A stretch of 64,000 bases of DNA, taken from Eledone cirrhosa (lineage: Eukaryota). The translations under genes were made by a program, and so were the position numbers. The notes under the pieces were generated by a model, which saw only the letters and a program-made list of their open reading frames with translations, searched no databases and had not been told where the DNA came from. The stretch is taken from positions 42,470,001 through 42,534,000 of the forward strand of contig OZ024742.1 of NCBI GenBank assembly GCA_964016885.1, given 5' to 3'. This document shows positions 27,421-37,900 of this stretch, piece after piece; position 1 is the stretch's first letter, and every line of letters starts with the position of its first letter.

Positions 27421-27562
27421 TATCATTAACATTATTAAGACAGTGGATGCCTTGCAATATTTTGCTTTATGTTCTGAATTCTGAGTTTAAATTTTGCTGG
27501 ATTTGATATTTTATGATTGCAATAAATGTGAAACTTTAATATTCATATAAAGAGTCATTTAC

Positions 27563-27808
27563 ATATTTTTCAGTGTCATTTTCTATAAAGACTTGCAGCT
27601 GATCTTTGAGCAACTTCAGTTCCTTCTCAAGTGCCAAGTTATTGGTATCTGGTGTTGGCATGCAGCTACGACTACCACTGCCATGGCCACTACTGCTGTC
27701 ACCATCAACAACTATTGCAGTGGTCGGGACAGTCAGGTCATTGTGTCGCTTAGTCAAATGTTTCTGTAAGTAGGAGTGATGGAGAAACACTTTTGGACAA
27801 TAAACACA
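27563..27808 (-). CDS. DZIP1: DZIP1-like exon with C2H2 zinc finger
   Basis: Poly-T cag acceptor, gtaaat donor; CVYCPKVFLHHSYLQKHLTKRH (C-x2-C...H-x4-H); 246 bp, phase 0/0. Confidence 0.87.
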
Positions 27809-28754
27809 CTGGAAAAGAAAAAAAAATGGATTTAAAAATGAGGTTTATAGAAAATGAAAAACAAAATTATCTACTTAAAAATAAAATTATTTTTATTACT
27901 GAAAGAAACAAACAGAAATGGAAATTATTTTTCAATTTTCTATTATACTATGCACTGTGTAGTTAGAAGGTTCATTGGGTCACAATATTTCTTGAGCTAA
28001 ACCAATCTTCTGATTGAAGCCTGGTCAACCACCTCCTTTGCCTACAACTAATCTCTCCTCACTTGAGCCACCACTAATCTCCTCTCTTAAACCATCCCCA
28101 ATCTCCTCAATTGATTCACCATTAATCTCTTTGCTTGAGCCACCACTAATCTCTCTACATTTGAGCCACAAATAATCTTCCTACCTGAGCCACCAATAAT
28201 TTCCTTCCAAGAGCTATCACTAATCTCTCCACCTATGCTACCACTAACCAAGCTTAATCTTCTTTCTAAAACTTTTCTAAACACTATCAAACTACTGAAC
28301 ATACTGTCTGAAACTAAAGAACTAACATACTTCATTAAGTTGGATACCCCTTGTATCAAAATATCCCTCTAACCATTCCAACAACACCAATTATCTAACT
28401 AACACTAAACATAAACCACCAATAAACATCTACACATCCTCCACCACCAACCAGTTAACAAGCCAATAATGTGGTTGGTCAACCTGCTAGGTATAGCAGC
28501 CAGATATCCCTGAAACTACTGTTTTAAAAAAAAGACAGAGGATAATATAGTCTGAGATACATTGTTAATGAACAGAAGATGCAATAGTCTTGGCTGGAAT
28601 ATAGGTCTACTTAATTAAAGTTGACTTGGGGTTAAACAATAACAACTCATAATCAATCAACAGTAATCAAAATCCACCATCAAGCAGTCAATCACTGTGC
28701 TTCAGGTAGCCCACATATCAATACTACAGTGTAAAACATTAGAATATCAAATAC

Positions 28755-28892
28755 CTTATGGTAATTCCCAGGTACAGCATGAATGAGTTGTTGCTGGGCC
28801 ATCAACATTTTCTTCCTACTGTGGCTTTCCTTGCTCACTTTGGAAAGATCCTTCTGAAGTTTGTCAACCTGTTGCTTGAGCTCATTCTCATT
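28755..28892 (-). CDS. DZIP1: DZIP1-like exon (coiled coil preceding zinc finger)
   Basis: tag/gtattt; NENELKQQVDKLQKDLSKVSKESHSRKKMLMAQQQLIHAVPGNYHK, similar to DZIP1 'RKKMI..QQ.MI...ANYYQ'. Confidence 0.87.
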
Positions 28893-28954
28893 CTACAGAA
28901 TTAAAAACCACAACATCTAACTGAATTAACATTTTTATGATGATGATGATAATA

Positions 28955-29175
28955 ATGATTTCTGATATAGGCACAAGGGCAGCAATTTGGCAGGATGGGA
29001 AAGTCGATTAAATCGACCACAGTCCTAAACTGGTGCTTTATTTTATCAACCCCTTAAGGATGAAAGGCAAAGCTAACCTCGGCGGGATTTGAACTCAGAG
29101 CATAAAGGGCCATAACTATATGCCGCGAAGCAAGGTGGCTGATGCTTTACCGATTCTGCCAATCCACTGCCCTTA
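28955..29175 (-). mobile_element. tRNA-derived SINE (second family)
   Basis: Minus strand gggcagtggattggcagaatcgg (A box) ... gagttcaaatccc (B box). Confidence 0.72.
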
Positions 29176-31310
29176 TCTATACATATATATAAAACTGTGG
29201 TTGTCTGTGTGTGTGTATCCTCATTTTTGCAAAGTCTATACAAATCCACATTTCTACTCCGATTGACTTCAAACTTCATCATCACCATCATCATCATCAA
29301 CGTTTAACGTCCGTGTTCCACGCTTGCATGGGTTTGGACGGGGGTTTTCCCACTTGAGGCAAGAGTGATTGTCTTGCTCGCATAGGACTGTCTGGCGGGT
29401 TTTCTACAGCTGGATGCCCTTCCTAACACCAACCACATTTACAGTGTGGGGCTGGGAGGTTTTTACCGTGTTGCCTACACGGCCACATTACAGCGTGGAC
29501 TGTGTTTTTTTTTTTTGTCGTGACACCTACACGATCTCATTTGTTTCGGCCTGGATGTTGTGGCACCAACATAACTTTACATTGAAAGGGGCGGTGTGGA
29601 TGGGGTGGGGGTGGTGGGACTGGGGTGTATTTTGTTAGAGATGCCTACTGACTGTAGTATGTTTTACTTTGTATTTAGGTAAGGCGGGTCTTCTCTATTA
29701 CTGAGACCGCCAAAGGTCTCGGTCCAGTGACATTGTCTTGGAGAGGTGTAAGTGTGTGAGGTCGGAATTTATCAGCTCGTCCCAGGTTTTTCTGGGTCTG
29801 CCTACTCCGTAGCTACCGTCTATCTTTATTGCCCTGCACTTTGTTATACAGCTGTCGTCTTTCATGCGCATCACGTGACCATACCAACGTAACCTTCTCT
29901 CGAGTAAACAACATCTGATCCCTCTTATTTCTAATTTTTTCCTTAGTTCGCTTATGCTTTGCCGTTCACGTATGTTACTATTACACATCCAGCGGAGCAT
30001 GCAAGCTTCGTTCCTCTCTAGTCTGCGTATATCCTCTGCACACAATGCCCAGGTCTCACTGCCATGCAACATTGCTGTTCGTATGCAGGCATCATACAAC
30101 CTGCCTTTCATTTTTAGGGAGAACCCTTTAGTGGCTAATAGTGGTATAAGCTCTCTGAACTTTTTCCATCCAGTTCTGACTCTAGCTACTGTACTTTCAG
30201 AGCACCCTCCCCCACTGCTGATTTTGTCACCCAGGTTGCATTTATATATTCCTTGTGGTCTAAAGATACTAACTGCAGATTTTATTTTTCAATTTTCTGT
30301 TGTTAAAGGGGTGTTAGGCGCCGGTTATCTATCTCTGTCACGCCTTTATAATATCTGTCTGTATGCCTGGCTGTCTGCATTACGACATTATGACAAACAT
30401 TGATGACGTATTATGTTCGCTATTTTCCGTTCATTGCCAGGGAACCTATTCATGAACCAAAGTATCGTCTTCCTGTTTTCCTTCAGCTGCAACGTTTTTC
30501 GAAATATTTACTTCTGCGTTCACAGATTGATTTTTTTAGTTTCAGAAGATCCTATTAAGGGTGAATGCAGTGATTCTTTGCTTAAACTTTAATTTGTTAT
30601 TTTAATATATAATATAAGCGAGGCAAGCCAGCCCAGTTGCCACTTCTTGCCAATAAACATTAACCCTTTTTTCGCCATTCATCCAACTGTAGACCAACAA
30701 ATACCAACTAAACGGAGCATTGACAAGAACGATGGCGAATGAATCTTTGAGGTAAGCAGTTTCCTCCAGAGCTGTTAGTTCATGTGGGATTCTCTGCTAC
30801 AACTTTTCGTAATAATACCGAACAACGTACTGCTGGTCACTCCTTCCTCCAAAAGCTGTACTAAGCGGACATGTGCATCGGGGAGATGGATCGGGTCCAA
30901 ATCTACACCAGGCCTACCCGAGAAATTCGCAAGCGACTGCACCGACAAGGATAGGGAGAAAGAGTAACTTAGTGAAAAGAGTGCGAATGAACTTTTGAGG
31001 TAAGTAGCCTACACCTTACTGCTATTGCACTGGAACCTTCTGCCAACTTAACCTGTGACTTTCTCTTTCACATTTACTCCAATAGGCCAAAACAGAGGAG
31101 TATGAAAAGAAGGGGCTCAACAATATTTATATGAACAATGCACGTAGACAGCTAAACTGTACTTTCAACTTCTTAATTTTCTCCAAATAAAATAAGTTTC
31201 CTGTCGGTATATTTTCATGAGTTTTTAACAGGCACTCACAAATAAACGTTTCTCATTGGAGGTGCTATTACCAATGTTCTTACCTGTGCAATGCCGGGAT
31301 ACACTGCTAG
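29176..31310 (+). mobile_element. Non-autonomous Helitron containing a nested RTE fragment
   Basis: A|TCTATACATATATATAAA 5' end; 3' GC hairpin cctgtgcaatgccggg then CTAG|T; no TSD. Confidence 0.78.
29277..30236 (-). mobile_element. 5'-truncated RTE copy, closely similar to 1093-2020
   Basis: Base-by-base similarity with the 3' end of the long element; (GAT)n tail; truncated at YLGD. Confidence 0.93.
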
Positions 31311-31511
31311 TAATAATAATAATTGTTTGTTACATAGGCACAAGGTCATAATTTTCTTTTTTTAGCGGGGGTAGGAGTGGGGAGGGACAGTCTATTATAG
31401 TGACCTCAATATTTAACAGGTACTTTATGGGTCAGTTCAACAAGGTCTAACCATCAGTTTAAACAACAACAGCAACAACAAAAAGCAACAGCCCTAAACA
31501 GTAACTCTTAC

Positions 31512-31577
31512 CTGTTCATGCTTCTTGATTCTTTCTTCAACACTTCCCAGTTGGTGAGTTAAATATTCCTGGGAGTT
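31512..31577 (-). CDS. DZIP1: DZIP1-like exon
   Basis: cag/gtaaga; NSQEYLTHQLGSVEERIKKHEQ continues the 'HSQEYL' motif; phase 0/0. Confidence 0.87.
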
Positions 31578-31723
31578 CTGGAACAAAAGTGGTCACAGTA
31601 AGAAGAGAAGGTGAAAAAGTAAAGAAATGAAACGGTCTTGTTGGCAGCAATAACAAGAGAATTGTTAGCTTTAAGAAGAGAAATAGATTGCAGAAAAGAA
31701 GCCCTCCCTAATAATATGCTTCA

Positions 31724-31760
31724 CTGAGGAGGTCTGATAAGACTGAAACATGTTCAGAGT
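31724..31760 (+). ncRNA. Minimal hammerhead ribozyme-like motif (Penelope-type remnant)
   Basis: CTGAGGA-GGTCT(gata)AGACT-GAAA-CATGTT; core boxes, stem II and palindromic ACATGT present; stem I unclear. Confidence 0.45.
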
Positions 31761-31836
31761 TGGCACTGTAACTACAAAGATTCACATTCCATTGCATATC
31801 TTCATTAAATGTTTAATATATACAGAAGGTACTTAC

Positions 31837-31908
31837 CAATAAATATTCAATAGTTAACTGAGACAACTTGAACAACTTTATATAATTTGGGTCAATTATT
31901 TTATTGTC
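31837..31908 (-). CDS. DZIP1: DZIP1-like exon (Dzip-like N-terminal domain, internal exon; upstream exons outside window)
   Basis: tctttcttacag acceptor, gtaagt donor; translates DNKIIDPNYIKLFKLSQLTIEYLL, resembling the conserved DZIP1/DZIP1L 'DP..LKL.RLAQ.TIEYLL' motif; phase 0/0. Confidence 0.88.
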
Positions 31909-31971
31909 CTGTAAGAAAGAAAGATGTGTAGAAATAATTATATTAGATAGAAGCACAGAGGATGTGGTTTA

Positions 31972-34900
31972 AGTGGATGGGTAGCTATTAGATAGATGTA
32001 CGGTGGGTGGGTAGCTATTAGATAGATGTACGGTGGGTGGGTAGCTATTAGATAGATGTACGGTGGGTGGGTAGCTATTAGATAGATGTACGGTGGGTGG
32101 GTAGCTATTAGATAGATGTACGGTGGGTGGGTAGCTATTAGATAGATGTACGGTGGGTGGGTAGCTATTAGATAGATGTACGGTGGGTGGGTAGCTATTA
32201 GATAGATGTACGGTGGGTGGGTAGCTATTAGATAGATGTACAGTGGATGGGTAGCTATTAGATAGATGTACGGTGGGTGGGTAGCTATTAGATAGATGTA
32301 CAGTGGGTGCGTAGCTATTAGATAGATGTACGGTGGGTGGGTAGCTATTAGATAGATGTACGGTGGGTGGGTAGCTATTAGATAGATGTACAGTGGATGG
32401 GTAGCTATTAGATAGATGTACGGTGGGTGGGTAGCTATTAGATAGATGTACAGTGGGTGGGTAGCTATTAGATAGATGTACGGTGGGTGGGTAGCTATTA
32501 GATAGATGTACGGTGGGTGGGTAGCTATTAGATAGATGTACAGTGGGTGGGTAGCTATTAGATAGATGTACAGTGGGTGGGTAGCTATTAGATAGATGTA
32601 CGGTGGGTGGGTAGCTATTAGATAGATGTACGGTGGGTGGGTAGCTATTAGATAGATGTACAGTGGGTGGGTAGCTATTAGATAGATGTACGGTGGGTGG
32701 GTAGCTATTAGATAGATGTACAGTGGATGGGTAGCTATTAGATAGATGTACGGTGGGTGGGTAGCTATTAGATAGATGTACGGTGGGTGGGTAGCTATTA
32801 CATAGATGTACGGTGGGTGGGTAGCTATTAGATAGATGTACGGTGGGTGGGTAGCTATTAGATAGATGTACGGTGGGTGGGTAGCTATTAGATAGATGTA
32901 CGGTGGGTGGGTAGCTATTAGATAGATGTACGGTGGGTGGGTAGCTATTAGATGGATGTACGGTGGGTGGGTAGCTATTAGATAGATGTACGGTGGGTGG
33001 GTAGCTATCAGATAGATGTACTGTGGGTGAGTAGCTATTAGATAGATGTCAGTGGGTGGGTAGCTATTAGATAGATGTACGGTGGGTGGGTAGCTATTAG
33101 ATAGATGTACGGTGGGTGGGTAGCTATTAGATAGATGTACGGTGGGTGGGTAGCTATTAGATAGATGTACGGTGGGTGGGTAGCTATTAGATAGATGTAC
33201 GGTGGGTGGGTAGCTATTAGATAGATGTACGGTGGGTGGGTAGCTATCAGATAGATGTACTGTGGGTGAGTAGCTATTAGATAGATGTCAGTGGGTGGGT
33301 AGCTATTAGATAGAAGTACGGTGGGTGGGTAGCTATGAGATAGATGTACGGTGGGTGGGTAGCTATTAGATAGATGTACGGTGGGTGGGTAGCTATTAGA
33401 TAGATGTACGGTGGGTGGGTAGCTATTAGATAGATGTACGGTGGGTGGGTAGCTATTAGATAGATGTACGGTGGGTGGGTAGCTATTAGATAGATGTACG
33501 GTGGGTGGGTAGCTATTAGATAGATGTCAGTGGGTGGGTAGCTATTAGATAGATGTACAGTGGGTGGGTAGCTATGAGATAGATGTACAGTGGGTGGGTA
33601 GCTATTAAATAGATGTACGGTGGGTGGGTAGCTATTAGATAGATGTACGGTGGGTGGGTAGCTATTAGATAGATGTACGGTGGGTGGGTAGCTATTAGAT
33701 AAATGTACGGTGGGTGGGTAGCTATTAGATAAATGTACGGTGGGTGGGTAGCTATTAGATAGATGTACAGTGGGTGGGTAGCTATTAGATAAATGTACGG
33801 TGGGTGGGTAGCTATTAGATAGATGTACGGTTGGTGGGTAGCTATTAGATAGATGTACAGTGGGTGGGTAGCTATTAGATAGATGTACGGTGGGTGGGTA
33901 GCTATTAGATTGAGGTACTGTGGGTGGGTAGCTATTAGATAGATGTACAGTGGGTGGGTAGCTATTAGATAAATGTACAGTGGGTGGGTAGCTATTAGAT
34001 AAATGTAGTGGGTGGGTAGCTATTAGATAGATGTACAGTGGGTGGGTAGCTATTAGATAGATGTACGGTGGGTGGGTAGTTATTAGATAGATGTACAGTG
34101 GGTGGGTAGCTATTAGATAGATGTACAGTGGGTGGGTAGCTATTAGATAAATGTACAGTGGGTGGGTAGCTATTAGATAAATATAGTGGGTGGGTAGCTA
34201 TTAGATAGATGTACAGTGGGTGGGTAGCTATTAGATAGATGTACGGTGGGTGGGTAGCTATTAGATAGATGTACAGTGGGTGGGTAGCTATTAGATTGAG
34301 GTACTGTGGGTGGGTAGCTATTAGATAGATGTACAGTGGGTGGGTAGCTATTAGATAGATGTACAGTGGGTGGGTAGCTATTAGATAGATGTACGGTGGG
34401 TGGGTAGCTATTAGATAGATGTACGGTGGGTGGGTAGCTATTAGATAGATGTACAGTGGGTGGGTAGCTATTAGATAGATGTACGGTGGGTGGGTAGCTA
34501 TTAGATAGATGTACAGTGGGTGGGTAGCTATTAGATAGATGTACGGTGGGTGGGTAGCTATTAGATAGATGTACGGTGGGTGGGTAGCTATTAGATAGAT
34601 GTACGGTGGGTGGGTAGCTATTAGATAGATGTACAGTGGGTGGGTAGCTATTAGATAGATGTAAGGTGGGTGGGTAGCTATTAGATAGATGTACGGTGGG
34701 TGGGTAGCTATTAGATAGATGTACGGTGGGTGGGTAGCTATTAGATAGATGTACTGTGGGTGGGTAGCTATTAGATAGATGTACAGTGGGTGGGTAGATA
34801 TTAGATAGATGTACAGTGGGTGGGTAGCTATTAGATAGATGTACAGTGGGTGGGTAGCTATTAGATAGATGTACAGTCGGTGGGTAGCTATTAGATTGAG

Positions 34901-37900
34901 GTACTGTGGGTGGGTAGCTATTAGATAGATGTACAGTCGGTGGGTAGCTATTAGATAGATGTACAGTGGGCGGGTAGCTATTAGATAGATGTACAGTGGG
35001 TGGGTAGCTATTAGATAGATGTACAGTCGGTGGGTAGCTATTAGATAAATGTACAGAGGGTGGGTAGCTATTAGATAGATGTACAGTGGGTGGGTAGCTA
35101 TTAGATAGATGTACGGTGGGTGGGTAGCTATTAGATAGATGTACAGTGGGTGGGTAGCTATTAGATAGATGTACAGTGGGTGGGTAGCTATTAGATTGAG
35201 GTACAGTGGGTGGGTAGCTATTAGATAGATGTACAGTGGGTGGGTAGCTATTAGATAGATGTACAGTGGGTGGGTAGCTATTAGATAGATGTACAGTGGG
35301 TGGGTAGCTATTAGATTGAGGTACAGTGGGTGGGTAGCTATTAGATTGAGGTACAGTGGGTGGGTAGCTATTAGATAGATGTACAGTGTGTGGGTAGCTA
35401 TTAGATAGATGTAGTGGGTGGGTAGCTATTAGATAGATGTACGGTGGGTGGGTAGCAATTAGATTGAGGTATTGTGGGTGGGTAGCTATTAGATTGAGGT
35501 ACTGTGGGTGAGTAGCTATTAGATAGATGTACAGTGGGTGGGTAGCTATTAGATAGATGTACGGTGGGTGGGTAGCTATTAGATAGATGTAAGGTGGGTG
35601 GGTAGCTATTAGATAGATGTACGGTGGGTGGATAGCTATTAGATTGATGTACAGTGGGTGGGTAGCTATTAGATTGAGGTACAGTTGTTGGGTAGCTATT
35701 AGATTGAGGTACAGTGGGTGGGTAGCTATTAGATTGAGGTACAGTGGGTGGGTAGCTATTAGATAGATGTACAGTGGGTGGGTTGCTATTAGATTGAGGT
35801 ACAGTGGGTGGGTAGCTATTAGATTTAGGTACAGTGGGTGGGTAGCTATTAGATAGATGTACAGTGGGTGGGTAGCTATTAGATAGATGTAAGGTGGGTG
35901 GGTAGCTATTAGATAGATGTACGGTGGGTGGATAGCTATTAGATTGATGTACAGTGGGTGGGTAGCTATTAGATTGAGGTACAGTTGTTGGGTAGCTATT
36001 AGATAGATGTACAGTGGGTGGGTAGCTATTAGATAGATGTACAGTGGGTGGGTAGCTATTAGATTGAGGTACAGTGGGTGGGTAGCTATTAGATAGATGT
36101 ACAGTGGGTGGGTAGCTATTAGATTGAGGTACAGTTGTTGGGTAGCTATTAGATAGATGTACAGTGGGTGGGTAGCTATTAGATTGAGGTACAGTGGGTG
36201 GGTAGCTATTAGATAGATGTACAGTGGGTGGGTAGCTATTAGATTGAGGTACAGTTGTTGGGTAGCTATTAGATAGATGTACAGTGGGTGGGTAGCTATT
36301 AGATTGAGGTACAGTGGGTGGGTAGCTATTAGATAGATGTACAGTGGGTGGGTAGCTATTAGATTGAGGTACTGTGGGTGAGTAGCTATTAGATAGATGT
36401 ACAGTGGGTGGGTAGCTATTAGATAGATGTACAGTGGGTGGGTAGCTATTAGATAGATGTACGGTGGGTGGGTAGCTATTAGATAGATGTACGGTGGGTG
36501 GGTAGCTATTAGATAAATGTACGGTGGGTGGGTAGCTATTAGATAATTGTACGGTGGGTGGGTAGCTATTAGATAGATGTACAGTGGGTGGGTAGCTATT
36601 AGATAGATGTACAGTGGGTGGGTAGCTATTAGATAGATGTACAGTGGGTGGGTAGCTATGAGATAGATGTACAGTGGGTGGGTAGCTATTAGATAGATGT
36701 ACGGTGGGTAGCTATTAGATAGATGTACGCATGGTGGGTAGCTATTAGATAGATGTACGCAGGGTGGGTAGCTATTAGATAAATGTAGTGGGTGGGTAGC
36801 TATTAGATAGATGTACAGTGGGTGGGTAGCTATTAGATAGATGTACAGTGGGTGGGTAACTATTAAATAGATGTACGGTGGGTGGGTAGCTATTAGATAG
36901 ATGTACTGTGGGTGGGTAGCTATTAGATAGATGTACAGTGGGTGGGTAGCTATTAGATAGATGTACAGTGGGTGGCTAGCTATTAGATAGATGTACAGTG
37001 GGTGGGTAACTATTAGATAGATGTACGGTGGGTGGGTAGCTATTAGATAGATGTACAGTGGGTGGGTAGCTATTAGATAGATGTACAGTGGGTGGGTAGC
37101 TATTAGATAGATGTACGGTGGGTGGCTAGCTATTAGATAGATGTACTGTGGGTGGGTAGATATTAGATAGATGTACAGTGGGTGGGTAGCTATTAGATAG
37201 ATGTACAGTGGGTGGGTAGCTATTAGATAGATGTACAGTGGGTAGGTAGCTATTAGATAGATGTACAGAGGGTGGGTAGCTATTAGATAGATGTACAGTG
37301 GGTGGGTAGCTATTAGATAGATGTACAGTGGGTGGGTAGCTATTAGATAGATGTACGGTGGGTGGGTAGCTATTAGATTGAGGTACGGTGGGTGGGTAGC
37401 TATTAGATAGATGTACAGTGGGTGGGTAGCTATTAGATAGATGTACGGTGGGTGGAGAGCTATTAGATAGATGTACAGTGGGTGGGTAGCTATTAGATTG
37501 AGGTATAGTGGGTGGGTAGCTATTAGATAGATGTACAGTGGGTGGGTAGCTATTAGATAGATGTACAGTGGGTGGGTAGCTATTAGATTGAGGTACTGTG
37601 GGTGGGTAGCTATTAGATAGATGTACAGTGGGTGGGTAGCTATTGGATAGATGTACAGTGGGTGGGTAGCTATTAGATAGGTGTACAGTGGGTAGCTATT
37701 AGATAGATGTATGCAGGGTGGGTAGCTATTAGATAGATGTACAGTGGGTGGGTAACTATTAGATACATGTACAGTGGGTGGGTAGCTATTAGATAGATGT
37801 ACAGTGGGTGGGTAGCTATTAGATAGATGTACAGTGTGTGGGTAGCTATTAGATAGATGTACAGTGGGTGGGTAGCTATTAGATAGATGCACTGTGGGTG

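Noticed and set aside
29651-29680. ~28-bp insertion in the RTE copy resembling a GT-AG mini-intron or recursive splice site
   Set aside because: Antisense to both the element and host gene, too short, and excision does not restore the original sequence; more likely repair filler DNA.
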